From assembly GCF_006345805.1 (NCBI RefSeq), contig NC_042999.1:51708001-51772000 (forward strand): a stretch of 64,000 bases of DNA. Direction: 5' to 3'. This stretch comes from Octopus sinensis. Its lineage: Eukaryota. Under the pieces are notes generated by a model, which saw only the letters and a list, made by a program, of their open reading frames with translations, made no database searches and was not told the origin of the DNA. Shown here in pieces: positions 15,298 to 29,857 of the stretch (within the stretch, counting starts at the first letter, position 1; the number at the start of each line of letters is the position of its first letter). The translations under genes were made by a program, and so were the position numbers.

Positions 15298-15687
15298 CTC
15301 TTTATTCTTTACTCTTTTACTTGTTTCAGTCATTTGACTGCGGCCATGCTGGAGCACCGCCTTTAAATGAGCAACTCGACCCCGGTACTTATTCTTTTGT
15401 AAGCCCAGTACTTATTCTATCGGTCTCTTTTGCCGAACCGCTAGGTTACGGGGACATAAACACACCAACATCGGTTGTCAAACAATGCTAGGGGGACAAA
15501 CACACACACACACATATATATACATATATACGACGGGCTTCTTTCAGTTTCCGTCTACCAAATCCACTCACAAGGCTTTGGTCGGCCCGAGGCTATAGTA
15601 GAAGTCACTTGCCCAAGGTGCCACGCAGTGGGACTGAACCCGGAACCATGTGGTTGGTAAACAAGCTACTTACCACACAGCCACTCT
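15297..15687 (-). mobile_element. SINE family A
   Basis: Reverse complement of 11260-11660. Confidence 0.9.
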
Positions 15688-15719
15688 TATATATAGAAAT
15701 TGACTTAATGAGATTAAAA

Positions 15720-16025
15720 AAAAACCCAAAGCAGTAAATAGATTTCATAACATTTATCAAGGGAAGGTCTTACAGCTGTTTCCGGAATATTTTATATATC
15801 CCTTCATCAGAGACGGTTCGAGAAAATGTTTGAGTATTAATTATTGTTGAGAAGATAGGGAAGTAAGAGAATGAATATAGAAGTGAGATACATAAGGATA
15901 TTGCTTTCGCAGTTCCATTATTGAAGTAGAATGGTGTATATAAGTGGTGAAAAGAAATTTCGTTGAAGAAATTTTCTTGTATCTGGTGTGTGAATCACGA
16001 TGGTAGTTATATTTGGTCAATCCAA
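15720..16025 (-). mobile_element. PLE-type terminal repeat fragment carrying an HHR
   Basis: Homologous to 49720-50090; contains the HHR at 15767-15814. Confidence 0.55.
15767..15814 (-). ncRNA. Minimal type-I hammerhead ribozyme
   Basis: GTCT-CTGATGA-A-GGGATAT(ATAAA)ATATTCC-G-GAAA-CAGCTG-TA-AGAC: core intact, palindromic stem III, GUA site. Confidence 0.75.
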
Positions 16026-16554
16026 GCATAGAGCCTTGTAAACAGTTTTGGTCGATTGAGGTTTTTTTTGGTGTGAATTAAAATGTGTTGGTAGTGTTAA
16101 TGGACAGATAGAGGGAGAAGAGATGCGTATGATTAGAAAGTGGAGATAGATAAAATCAAAAACAGGAAGGGAGAATGGGAGGAAAAAGAGAAGCAAAAGG
16201 GAGGCAGGCAAAAAAGAAATGAAGAGAGAGGGTATGTTAGCTAGTGGTCAGAATAAAGTGATAGGAGGAAGGGAGAGGTTGGTGGAGAGAGAGAAAGAGA
16301 TGAGAGGGTAAGAACTAAAAGGGTGAGATATGTGAGCAGGGGTGGTAAACGTTAAGTGCTATGGATAGATCATGGTTAAGCTCTAGGCTCGATAATGATA
16401 TGAGTGAGAAATCCTACGTAAGTCTTGTATTAGCGTGCTTATATATAAAGTTTTTGAAATTGTTTCGGATCTAAACTTTTGTGCCGAAACTCATTTCGGT
16501 TCCTAAAAGAATTTCTTCTCAGGTTAAATAGTTTCTCTTCTTCTTCTTCTCCTC

Positions 16555-16687
16555 CCCTCCCCCTCCCCTCCCCTCCTCCTCCTCCCCACCCCTCCTCCTC
16601 CTCCTCCTCCTCCTCCTCCTCCTCCTTCTTCTTCTTCTTCTTCTTCTTCTTCTTCTTTCTTCTTCTTCTTCTTCTTCTTCTTCTTCT
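16555..16687. repeat. (CCT)n/(CTT)n array
   Basis: Direct. Confidence 0.95.
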
Positions 16688-16764
16688 AAACCCTCGCATT
16701 TTAGAATTATTTAATACTTAATACAAAGTAGTAACAAGTTTCAAAGTAGCTGTCCCTGAATGTT

Positions 16765-17105
16765 CTCTCTTTTTATTCTTTTACTTGTTTCAGTCATTAT
16801 ACTGTGGCCATGCTGGAGCACCGCCTTGAACAATTTTTAGTTGAATGAATCGACCCCAGGACTTTTATTTGTTAAGCCTAATATTTACCCTATTGGTCAT
16901 TTTTGTCGAAGCCACAAAGCCCTTCCCCCCTACATACACACACACACACACGACTGGCTTTTTTCAGTTTCCGTCCAACAAATCCAATCACAAGGTTTTG
17001 GTCGGCCCGAGGCTATAGTAGAAGACATTTGTCCATGGTGCCACGCAATGGGACTGAACCCGGAACCATGTGGTTAGGAAGCAAGCTTCTTACCACGCAG
17101 TGACG
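16765..17105 (-). mobile_element. SINE family A with internal deletion
   Basis: Matches the head and tail of 11260-11660. Confidence 0.85.
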
Positions 17106-18034
17106 CCTTTGTAAAGACTATTCACTTCCATTGCTTGTCTGATCACTACGATTCCCTACAGTTTTTTTTTATTAGTTTCCTGCCTTAAAAACTATATCAG
17201 GTTGAGTTTGTGTTTACTCAAAAGTTTGATGTGCTTGCTTTAATGAAATCTATAGAACATCACAAACATTTAGAATTAACGCAAACGCCTTTTCATAATT
17301 GAACCATTCTATCTAAAGGTTTCTGCTCTGCTTTGTCTCTTTGGACAGTAAAGATTTATTAATTAAAACATGTTTGGCACGTAGTCACACTGTGTTCTTT
17401 CAGCAGTAATTACTAAGAGGACACTCAATGAGCATAAAGGAAACGATATAAACAGCTTTTGTAAAGTTTGTATAAATTGTTTACATAAGAAATAACACTG
17501 GAAATTTTCTGCCAATTCAATGTTTCTTTATTTGGTTACAAGATTTATCTGTGCTATAGCAAGTCAGTTTGTGATGTTAATATGGCCTACCATAGTTTTT
17601 TATGGAATACAAATAAATGGTCCCTGTAGAATGTTAATAGCTTGTAACATTGCAAGCCTCTTCTTGGTTGTTTCGTGCAGTTTTGGCGAGTGAGGTTTTA
17701 CTGTTGTTGGATAAAGTATTGATGTCGGTACAATATTGATACAATATTGATGTAATAAACATATTATCTTTACCGATATCTATAATAACATGACAATGAA
17801 CATGACAATGATTCCAGCCTGGTAAAATATTCTCTTATCTAAAAACAAAATCAAGAATTTGAAAAATCTTTCCTCAAATTATATACAACTCATTAAGTTT
17901 TATATATTCTACGCTCACTTTTATCTGACAGATTTTATGCACAAGTATAGTAATGTTGAGTGGTGGTGATGTTGGTGGTGATGTCGGGGGATCATTTGAT
18001 TGAAATAAATAGATCCATTTTCTTTTTTGCCTTG

Positions 18035-18104
<70 letters not shown>

Positions 18105-18191
18105 AGAGTAGATCGTATACGAGTGGGTATATATTTGTAAAAGAGAAGTTTGAAAACACCACTATATTAGATAAATTTTAATTTTCTTATG

Positions 18192-18238
18192 AATTTTACA
18201 TGTTTCGGTTCTTGAAAAAACCAACCTTATCAAAAATA
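18192..18238 (-). ncRNA. Minimal type-I HHR with U3-A8 variant core
   Basis: ATTT-TTGATAA-GGTT(loop)AACC-GAAA-CATG-TA-AAAT, inside an AT-rich element between (TA)n tracts. Confidence 0.55.
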
Positions 18239-18344
18239 TTATAAAAAGTAAAGTGTATTAGAAAAGTTCATAATTGTTTCTTACTGGTCTCAATAGAATC
18301 CATGTGGTGGAGTTTTGTCGGTAGGAGGTATAATATATATATAT

Positions 18345-18520
18345 ATATATTTATATACGACGGGCTTCTTTCAGTTTCCGTTTACCAAATCCACTCACAA
18401 GGCTTTGGTCGACTCGAGGCTATAGTAGACGACACTTGCCCAAGGTGCCACGCAGTGGGGCTGAACCCGGAACCATGTGGCTAGTAAGCTAGCTACTTAC
18501 CACATAGTCACTCCTGCGCC
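18345..18520 (-). mobile_element. SINE family A, 5' half
   Basis: Homology to 11260-11420. Confidence 0.85.
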
Positions 18521-18657
18521 TATAGCTATAAAGAAAGAATAGAATGGTACCGTAGGATGCAGGTAGAAAGCTTCCTACACATGCATGACTCCAGGAGCTC
18601 CAACAAAACCTGTGATAAAGAGAAATAATAATAATGATGATAACAATAATAATAATA

Positions 18658-19020
18658 TACCAGGCAGTGGCTCTCATGGCTTCACAGCTTAACTGATTGG
18701 AAGTGTTATCATGTACATTGTTTTATCTTGGTATAAAAGATGAGCTACAGCAAATATTCTGCTGAATACCACAGATTTGCTTGTCAGTTGTTTGACCGTA
18801 ACCAGTTGAGCATGTCCCTTGGTGGCTGACAATATGTGCATCTCTGATCACAAACAGAAGCAGTGGGAGAGCATCATAGCTGTGTGTTGAAAGAATTATT
18901 AGAGGTTTGGATAATTTACCTTTGGAAACATGGGTGGTTCGTTCAACATCCTTAAACAAACCTTATTCAGAGACCTTTTGATCGGGATGGGTTACTCGAC
19001 CAGAAGAAAATTCTAACCGT
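18658..19020 (-). mobile_element. Unclassified interspersed repeat (family C), partial
   Basis: Reverse complement of ~27610-27980; abuts (AAT)n. Confidence 0.75.
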
Positions 19021-19039
19021 GATGCTGATAAAAGTCAAC

Positions 19040-20763
19040 TTTCTGGTGTAAGATATGGAGTAAGCAAGAACAACATAATACTACTGGTGAATGGCTCTGC
19101 AGCTTGAAGCATACAGCTTCTTATCCCCAGCAAGAGGCTATCCACTTCACAGATGACAGTATCAGAAATATTAGTATAAAAGATGAGCAATTGGAAAGCT
19201 GCAGGACTTGATGGTGTGCAGGGATTAGGGATAAAAACGTTCAGTAGTTGCCATAATTTGATCGTAGAACAATTCAATGCATTGATCAATGGAGAAGAAG
19301 AAATCACCGGCTGGTTGACAAAAGGACGAACGGTGTTGCGCCTAAAAGATGCATCAAAAGGAAATGTTGCTGATAATTACAGACTAATTTCCTGCCCCCA
19401 CCCCGTTAATGTGGATGTTACTGTCAGGAAGAATTGCAGAAGAAATGTACAAATTTCTTGATGAGAAAGATATATTATCTATTTCTTTATTACCCACAAG
19501 GGGCTAAACATAGAGGGAACAAACAAGGACAGACATAGGTATTAAGTCGATTACATCGACCCCAGTGCGTAACTGGTACTTAATTTATCGACCCGGAAAG
19601 GATGAAAGGCAAAGTCGACCTCGGCGGAATTTGGACTCACAATGTAGCGACAGACGAAATACCGCTAAGCATTTCGCCCGGCGTGCTAACGTTTCCGATG
19701 AGAAAGATATATTATTGACGGGACAAAAAGGGAGTAGAAGGAGATGCAGAGGTACCAAAGATCAATTATTGATAGACAAAATGGTAATGCAAGATTGTAA
19801 ATGAAGGAGTACAAGTCTGGGAATGGCCTGGATCGAATATCGCAAAGCTTATAGTATGATTCCACATTCGTGGATCATCGAGTGCTTAGATCTGTTTGGA
19901 ATTGCGAGGAACGTAACGTGTTTCCTGAAGAGAAGTATGGTGGGATGGAAAACTGGACTAACATCTTATGGAAAAAGCTTGGGCACCCTGGGTATCAGAA
20001 GAGGGATTTTCCAGGGTGATAGCCTATCGCCGTTGCTTTTTGTTCTCTGCATGGTACCCCTGACTTTGGTACTTAGGAAAATGAACCTGGGGTACCAACT
20101 AAAGGGAAAATTTCAAACAAACAGCCAATTACTCTCCATGGATGATTTGAAACTCTATGGCAAGGATGAGACACGAGTGAGTTCCTTGGTGAACACGGTC
20201 TACTGTTTTAATACTTATATTAGAATGGAATTTGGACTCAAGAAATGCGGAGTAATCTACCCAAAAAGTGCAGTCACTAGCAGGGATAGAATTACTGAGT
20301 AGAAACTTGATTCAGCAAATTCAAACGGAAGGATGCAAATACTTTGGTGTTCTAGAGTTCAACGAGATAATGGAGCAGGAAATGAAAGCGCAACTGAGGA
20401 TGAAGTATTTCCGAAGACTGAGGTTGATGTTGGGCTCAAAATTGACTGAGCGGAATAAAATTCGGTATGGAGCGGGAATTATAAAATGGCAAAAGAGAGA
20501 AGTGATGAAAATGGATACCAAGATCAGGAAAATGTTGACATTACACGGAGCCTTCCACCCTAAGAGTGACACCGATAGGCTGTACTTGTCCAGAAGAAAG
20601 GGTGGGAGAGATTTGATCAGTTGCCAGGATTGTATCGAAGCAGAGAAAAAAAAGATTAGCGTGGTATATAAGAAATGTCGCAGAGCCATTGTTAAGACAT
20701 ACGAAGGCCGAAATCATCAAAAACGAAAATTGTCTAAAGAAAGAAAAACTTAAACAAGAAATG

Positions 20764-20804
<41 letters not shown>

Positions 20805-21135
20805 CACACACACACACACAAAAGAAAAAAGCATGGAAGGAAAAAAAATGTACGATCAGTTTGCAAGAGATGTGAACGCGAAGACAGATATAGAGAACCA
20901 GTGGCTATGGATGAGGAAGAGTTACCTGAAGATAGAAACGGAAGCACTCATGTCACAAAGATATTAGAATGATACTAATGTGGTACTAATATCAGAATGT
21001 CAAGCAGTTGTGTTTGCAAAAATCTCACCTACAAATATAACGAGACTTTGAGATATAGTAAAACACTGGGATATCACGAAATTTTAAAACAAGACTGACA
21101 AATGGAGAGACTCTGAAGAGTAGTGAGATAGAGTG
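19040..21135 (+). mobile_element. R4/Dong-type LINE RT region, decayed; interrupted by a SINE and (CA)n
   Basis: NWKAAGLDGVQG, QKGSRRRCRGTKDQLLIDK, AWIEYRKAYSMIPHSWI, RRGIFQGDSLSPLLF, MDDLKLY, FHPKSDTDRLYLSRRKGGR. Confidence 0.92.
19479..19696 (-). mobile_element. SINE family B with 19-bp target-site duplication
   Basis: GATGAGAAAGATATATTAT at 19460-19478 and 19697-19715. Confidence 0.92.
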
Positions 21136-22589
21136 AAACTGCGAAAAATAGTGAGAATTTGAAATACTGCGAAACGGATAAATAGCGTGACGTCAATAAT
21201 GGCTCCAACTTTAAGAAAAATGTTTATTCCAAGCTCCCTCCACCCCGATAATACTTTTATACAGTTTACATTATAATTCGATCTCATTGAAATCCCTTAA
21301 ATTAATCCCCCCCCCCGCCATCACAATACTTCTCAGGGGATGTCGCTATTGTTTGTAGATATCTTTTGGACTAAATTTAGCCTAGAATTTGCAACGTTTT
21401 TTTTCCCTTCGCAAGATAATTACGTGTACGTTTGATGCCATCTTCATTGCGGTAAGAAACTTTGGAAATGGTGGATACTGAAAAAAAAAACCATACACAC
21501 ACCGTCTCCCCCACATCACTAACAAAAGAATAAATCTTCAGGGTAAGCTACCGAATTTTGCAGACGTATAATGCCTGCTATTCGAATTCAGTAAAAGAGT
21601 CGATGAAGTTCAAAGAACACACGCAATATTTGATATTCGCCATTTGTGAATGATTGCTGACAACATTACACTCATTGTTGTTCTCTCGAGAATGGAATTT
21701 TCTTCTGTTTTTTCAGTCTCCTTTTCGCTTTGTATAAAACCTGATCATTGAATTTATAACCTCGTCGGCCGCTTAGTTCAGAAGATTAAAATATAGAACA
21801 AAGAGCTATGGAATATATGGGGGTTGGGGGGGATGAGGGAGAGGAATCTAAATTTCAAAATAATATTGAAATATTTTGCCTATTATACGAGAAGTTAATA
21901 GCGATCGTTTACCGTATTTTACTGGTCTTCATTTCAGAGACATTTGCCGAGCCATCGCAAAATAATGCATAAATTACCATACCATAGCATAATTTCTGAA
22001 TATTATGCTTTATACTGATACAATAACTCTCATTTATAGGTTAGAGAAAATGGATGATGTGACGTTCATATCGTTTGTTTTTATTCGCATTATCGGTGTC
22101 ATGACTTCAATGGAGAATTATAAATGGGTTTTGGATTGTTTAATGCTCAGCCCATAATCATTTAAATATGATTTTAGTACAATCCACACACATGATGTGC
22201 GTGTGACAACAAGACGTAGATTTCCTCGCTGTTGTTACTCAAACCTTTCGTAGATCTCGTTGCGATTAAGATGTAGCAAAGGCACTTTAGAATATGGTTA
22301 TGATACTAGTTTAGAAGTAGTTAAATGTCTCTTTCCGAAACACCACAATTATATGTAACACGCATTTTTCAACAATTTAAAGCAATAAAAAAGTGCAAAT
22401 TAGATTTATGATGTGCACTCTTTTGTTACGTGATTTCCGATTCAACCTGTTTTTTTTCCGAAAATTTATTTAATTTTCATTAGAATACCAGAGAAATTTC
22501 ACTGCTTGAAATGATAATAAGGTATATATTAAGTCACAGAATTCAGTTATATGTCACGTGTGACGTCAGTAATATTTTTTCAGCTTTTG

Positions 22590-23930
22590 AAGTATGGCCA
22601 AAAGCCATGAATCCCATTTGATCCGGGGTCTTTCCAGTTAGGCACTTTACCCACTTGGTCTTTCACGTCAACCATGCTTATGACAATATTCCTTTATTTC
22701 TTTCCTCCTTGTAATTCTGTCTCGATAGTTCCTATCCACATTGCATCTCTTTTATGCACCACATTGTTTCCCTATAATCCCCTCCAGAACTCCTTGGCTT
22801 GATTTGCATCAGGAGCAACATTTCCCCCATTGTCTCCTTCTAACCTTCGGAAGAATTGTTTCGGGTTATATTTGAACAATCTGTTCTCGAACTGCTTATT
22901 TCTGTTCACAAATCGTCTGATCTTCCGGCTTTTTGCCATGATCTCTGTTTTAACTGCTCTATTACTGCATCAAACCCGTTCTTCCGTGTTTAATATTTCT
23001 TCTCTAGTTTTTCTCGGTTGGTCTTTTCCCCATTTTTCTAGATCTTGCCTTGCCTTTTCAATGCGTCGTTTCCACCTTGGTTATTTTGCTCCACCATTTT
23101 ATGTTCCCTTAAGCTGTAGTTTCTCCTCAACAAGTAGCGCAATAGCTCGGAGAAGATTCTTTGTTTGTATTATATCCTCCGTTTGGATGCATGGTATGGC
23201 AGTATTTATCTTTTGTGTTACTTTATTTATCATACTCCTATCTACCCTTCCCATATTCATGGGGATTTTTTCTTCTGGAGCATTCATCAAGTCGGTGAGT
23301 CGTTTTTGAATTTCAAACAATTCATTATCTAGTTGGTTCATTTCCCTTGCATGTCCGCCCACCACAGTATCAGGGTTCACTGTATAACTTTCCTGTTCCT
23401 CATCCTTAACATCCCCGTCACCATTCCCCTCTTCCTCCTGTCTACTCTTCCTCCTGTCTACTCTTCTCCTTGTTTTCACCTCCTACCTCTCTGTTTTCAA
23501 TTCCGACCATCATTTGAGGATCTCGCAGTCTCTCACTAATCCGAGATATTTCTACTCCAGTTAAATAAACCTCCCTCCTAATCACTCTCACTTGGTTCAT
23601 AAGTTTATTTCCTGACATTGGACACATGTCCTTTTCCATCCATGGGTAAGGGCTTTGTCAACATCAGCATTATTCGCTCTCTTTGGGGTTATTATTATTA
23701 TTACTACTCCTGGTTCTGGCTCTGTGGTGGTGATGGGGCCTGCGTATTCCATAGATCCCGAGAGAGCATTACCGTCTTGAGTGTTACTGCTTGTAGGGTC
23801 TCCCTAGGCGGATCGGTTGTCTGGGGAGTTTCCAGACTAACGGTAAGTCACGGCGCGTCGGCCCCTCGCCTCGTCGCCAAGATGGAAACTCCATTATTTA
23901 ACTATTCTGCGGAGGACTAACAACCTGCCC
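22590..23930 (-). mobile_element. R4/Dong-type LINE, N-terminal/pre-RT portion, decayed
   Basis: KLMNQVRVIRR, NKVTQKINTAIPCIQTEDI, NRLFKYNPKQFFRRL, EFWRGL, PNWKDPGSNGIHGF in minus frames. Confidence 0.8.
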
Positions 23931-24299
23931 TGAAGAACTCTCAATCTGTTACGACACTGAACAGAAGAAATCAGACTGCCCTACATCGATTCTGCCAGAT
24001 CGCCACCTTATTACTGAGAGAAATAAGAGAATTTACGTCTTTAGAATTCATTACTTGAATTTATTTTACTGCTCCTACTAGTAATACTGTCGCCACCTCT
24101 ACTGCTAGCCTTATTGCTACCACTACTACTGTCGTTTCTGCCTCTGCTTCCTTTCTCCCTTTCAGCTGCACTTTTTGAAGTCTTTAATTTTCTGACTGAC
24201 TGTACAAAGGAAGAGAGACCACCCGAGACTACGTGAAATACAATAGAAAGTCAAATGACCAAGCTATGACCACTGAACCAGAACAACCGACCTCCTATA

Positions 24300-26290
24300 T
24301 AGATTAAAACAGTTATAACACTGGAATCCCTGCATGACCCCCACCAACGAGAATTAACTTACGCTACAAAATTCGTGCTGCTATATGTAATGTCCTGTTG
24401 CTCCTTCTTCCCGGGGTAGCCAACTGCTGTCGTGAGAGTTATCCTTTCACAATATCACCCTAGCGGGACTTTGTGAAGCACTCTGTTCTGACAGTGGTGA
24501 ATTCATCGTGGGCGACCACTGCCTCATCTAGAGCAGCCCCGAGGACCGGACTTCTACGAATAGCTCCAATAGGTTTTAGGACAAATCCCACCCTACGACA
24601 TCAAGATCAGTCTGACGGGCGCCAATGCTATTAACTTCTCTTCCGCCGGACTCCCTTCAACCGACCCACTTCAGATTCAACTTATTAGTACAACCTTCGC
24701 CGACCCATTCGCTGATAACAAAGGTAACTGCCTTCTGAGTCTGCCGCTACAATAATCTCTGTATCACCGACGCCTGTTTCCCCCCGAATCCTATCCATCA
24801 ATGGACTTGGAACTGTCCCACCACAATATCATCTCCTGCCACTGAAGGTCGTTTGTCACTAACTGTCGGGTCTACAGAGGAGCTCAACTCGGCAATACTG
24901 ACCATCGATTGCTGGCTGCGACACTCACGTTGAAGCTGCGGGCGAACCCCGCTGCCAAATACCAGTCCCACCTTGCCTCATCCTGTCTCCATCAGCCTAA
25001 CATCACCTGAACATTCTCATGCTTTATCACCAATCGTTTCAATGCCCTGAAAATTGGGAAATGTTCAAATCAAGCGTCAACCAGTCTGCACGTTATGTCC
25101 TGGTAAACTTAAGATCTCTCCTCCAGCGCCCCGAATTTCACAGCAGATGCTGGAGACAATCAACTGCTGCTGCAAGGCTGATCTACATGAAGACATGAAT
25201 GAGCACCGCCAGCTCAACCGGATACGCAATAACCCCATCACAGATGAATGAAAGAAGTTCTGGAGACAGCAGCAAGGAACATCATCCAGGTATTCAATAT
25301 GCTTCACAAAGCCTACGCCAGTCCCCAGTTCAAGACAGCCTTGCTGAGGGATACCAATGGTTGCGTCATCATCACAGAAACCACCTGCCTCGAATGCTTC
25401 AGCTTTCTTCTCCATCACCCACCTATCCCAGCCTAACCCTCAATGCAGACACACTCACAACCAATGACACTTGTAGATTTGATCCTGTCACCCCTGATGA
25501 AGTCAGTGCTGCTCTGAAGAAGCTCAACAACTGCAAAGCTCCTGAAATTTGCACTATCACTATGGAGATGCTGAAGGCGGGTGGAGAAAACATGGTCAAG
25601 TGGCTCACTCGCATTATCAAAAACGTATGAGTGTCAGAGTGATTCCCAAATGACTGGACCCAAGGCATCATCCTCCTCTTCTGGAAATGGAAGGACGATA
25701 AACTCGTTGGCAGCAATCACAGGGGCATTACTCCCCTCTCCATCCCGGACAAGCTCTTCACTAGGATCCTCCTCAACCGAGCTCTTCTTGCTTTTAGAAG
25801 CAGACGCCACCAACAGCAAGCCAGATTCATGTCAAATCAATCTACAGCCAACCATATTTTTGTGCTTCGTCTCATCATTGATCTCGGGAGTTTCGCGAAG
25901 ATCTCCACCTTTACACTGCCTTCATCAACCCCAACGTAGCTTTCGACATTGTCGTCAATGCATCCCCCTGGAAAATTCTCAAGCTCGTAGGTGCGACTCC
26001 CAAAATCTCCACCCTGTTCCAACGACTCTATAGCAGTGTCGTGAGCTTCATGCGGCTGACTGATTCCCCATCAACAGTGGGGTTACATAGGACTGCGTGG
26101 TCGTTCCCGATCTCTACAGCTGTGTCATCGATTATCTGTTGTGCAAGATCTGTGAGCGATTCTGTAGCATTACTTTCGGGAACTGCCACATCACCAACCT
26201 GGAGTATGCGGACGATATCCCCCTATTCAAGAACTCAATCGACCAGCTAAACGATGCACTGACAATATACAGAGAAGAATCAACATATAT
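24300..26290 (+). mobile_element. RTE-clade LINE (APE endonuclease plus RT), frameshifted
   Basis: YRGAQLGNTDHRLL (APE), KLNNCKAPEIC, NHRGITPLSIPDKLFTRIL, LEYADDI. Confidence 0.88.
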
Positions 26291-26294
26291 CTTT

Positions 26295-26680
26295 TGTCTT
26301 CTTTTACTTTTTTCAGTCATTAAATTGCGGCCATGCTGGGGCACCGCCTTCGAGAATTTTTTTTAGTTAAATGAATCGATCCCAGGACTTATTTTATAAA
26401 GCCTAGTACTTATTCCATCGGTATCTTTTGCCGCATCGCCAAGTTACAGGGACGTAAATATACCAGCACCGGTTGTCAAGAGATGGTGGTGGGGAAACAT
26501 AGACACTAAGACACATACACATACATATACTGACGGTCTTCTTTCAGGTTCCGTCTACTTAATTCACTCGCAAGGCTTTGGTCGACCCGAGGCTACAGTA
26601 GAAGACACTTGCCCGAGGTGTCACACTGTGGGACTGAACCCGGAGTCATGTGGTTGGGAAGCAAGCTTATTACCACATAC
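26295..26680 (-). mobile_element. SINE family A (diverged)
   Basis: Homology to 11260-11660. Confidence 0.85.
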
Positions 26681-26860
26681 AGTGTTGGCGTGTTACATCC
26701 CTGTAACTTAGCAGTTCGACAGAAGGCGCCGACAGAATCAATATCAAGCTTAACAAAAAGTACTAAGGTCGATTCGTCCGACTAAAATTCTTCAAGGCTG
26801 CTCCAGAATGGCCACAGTCTGATGACTGAAACAAGTAAAAGAATAAAAAATAGATAAAAG
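26681..26860 (+). mobile_element. SINE family A, 3' half (diverged)
   Basis: Tail ...GACTGAAACAAGTAAAAGAATAAAA. Confidence 0.75.
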
Positions 26861-27239
26861 ATATAACACCTAGTTGTGAATAATATAAAACACCACGTCT
26901 TCAGTAATTATGGGCAAGCCCGTTTTGAGCTGAAGAGGTTTAATAAAGCAGAAACAAATGCATAGTTGTTTTCTGTACTTGCCAAGATCAATGAAATGAT
27001 ATTAGTTGATGTTGTTTTACCTCACCACATTATTGAATCTAATTACAATTATATTAATCACTGCACGAAATATGATAATGCTAATTTACACGGTGATTTG
27101 ACTAAAAAGAAAAAAACCTGTGAGTTTTTTAGCAGGGAGAACATACAGTTTAGTAGTCCTTTCGATAAGGGACCGACTTTTTCTTTCACTCTGTAGATCA
27201 AGCGAAATGATACAAGGCTGCACAAAAGCAACTTCTTAT

Positions 27240-27278
<39 letters not shown>

Positions 27279-27284
27279 GTATTA

Positions 27285-27420
27285 TTTTTTTCCTTTCATC
27301 CTTTCGGGGTCGATAAATTAAGTACCAGTTACGCACTGGGGTCGATGTGATCGACTTAATCCGTTTGTCTGTCCTTGTTTTGTCCCCTCTGTGTTTAGCC
27401 CCTTGTGGGTAGTAAAGAAA
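27285..27420 (+). mobile_element. SINE family B, 3' part
   Basis: CCTTTCATCCTTTCGGGGTCGAT...CCCCTTGTGGGTAGTAAAGAAAT. Confidence 0.85.
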
Positions 27421-27430
27421 TATATTATTA

Positions 27431-27987
27431 TTGAGTGAGAGAGCAGTTCATGCCATCAAAGTGACGCTGGAGTAAAATATACAAAGCCCAATATACCCAC
27501 CATGACTACCCGTCTGATAAGGGTACACCAGGCACATGCATCACAACCATATGTGCGCGACATGGTGATCTTATAAAAAGATAAACAGCACATGACCTTG
27601 CAGGTGGGGCCCAGTTAGAATTTTCTTCAGGCTGAGTAGCCCATCCCGCTCAAAAGGTCCCTGAATAAGGGTTGTTTAAGGATGTTGAAAGAACCACCCA
27701 TGTTTCCAGAGGTGATTTATTCAAACTCCAAAGAATCCCTCTCAACACATAGCTATGATGCTCCCCCACTACTTCTGCTCGTGATCAGAGATGCACATAT
27801 CGTCAGCCACCAAGGGACATGCTCAACTGGTTAAGGTCAAACAACTGACAAGCAAATATGTGGTATTGAGCAGAATATTTGCTGTAGCCCATCTTTTATA
27901 TCAAGACAAAACAATGTACATGATAACACTTCCAATCAGTTAAGATCAGAAGCCATGAGAGCCACTGCCTGGTACTGCATCAGGGCA
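27431..27987 (+). mobile_element. Unclassified ~560-bp interspersed repeat (family C)
   Basis: Second copy at 18658-19020; ATT repeats on both sides. Confidence 0.75.
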
Positions 27988-27988
27988 T

Positions 27989-28641
<653 letters not shown>

Positions 28642-29099
28642 CATTTGTCGTCGCTTATGAAAGCCTTCTTAAACAGCAAAACAGCACCATTACTAATTAT
28701 TGTGTAACATTAACAAAAGAGAGAACCGGTAGAGATATTAAAATAGTGGATAAACTGTATTAAAGTATCATTAACTGCTGATAATTTGGCAGGTTTTCAG
28801 TAGCAGTCGGTCTCAATCTGCGATTGCTTCTTACCACCAGCCTTATTCTCTTCCTTCCTTCCTTTCTCCCGTCATGGAGAGGCAGAAAAATAGGGCGAGC
28901 TTTGTCATTCCTAGCAACAAGACTTTTGCTACCGTGTACTTAAGTAGTAGGAAACAGCTGTTGTTACTACTACTACTGCTGCGGCTGCTGCTGCTGCTGT
29001 TGTAGTAGATGCAATAACGTAAAGCAATCCAGTTGTTTCATAGCAAGCCAATGGTAGAAAGCGAGTAAAAGTATGAGTTTTTAGCAACAAAGGCCTTTC

Positions 29100-29253
29100 A
29101 TGTGTCGATGTGTCTTAAACATGCACGCAGACACACAGACAAACAAACATACATACATACATATAAACGTAGACAAACACACACACACACACGCATATAC
29201 ATATATAGACATGATATAACACTGCACACACATGTATATATTCATATACATAC

Positions 29254-29331
<78 letters not shown>

Positions 29332-29497
29332 TTATATCAATTTATATTTTTTTGAATATATTTTTTAAAAATAATTTTGTTATATATTTAAATAATATAA
29401 ATTAAATAATCTTACGTATTGGCTTAAGTTTTTCATTGTATGATTTGCCTAATAGTGGTTTTATCTCTAATTTAATATTATATATATATATATTATA

Positions 29498-29557
<60 letters not shown>

Positions 29558-29585
29558 ATATATATATGCATATATATATACATAC

Positions 29586-29619
<34 letters not shown>

Positions 29620-29805
29620 CATGCATATATAGGCATATATACATATATATATATATGCATACATACACACAAGCATTGAATTAAACAGACACAAACATAT
29701 ACAAATATACAGCCATACATGTTCAAATACATACGTAGATGCAACATACATGCATACAAATATACGCACATACATACACACATACATGTAGACATACATA
29801 CATAA

Positions 29806-29857
<52 letters not shown>

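Noticed and set aside
19040-23930. Idea that the plus RT half and the minus N-terminal half are one Dong element split by an inversion
   Set aside because: Their overlapping peptide differs strongly (MSNWKAAGLDGVQG vs VPNWKDPGSNGIHG), indicating different copies or families
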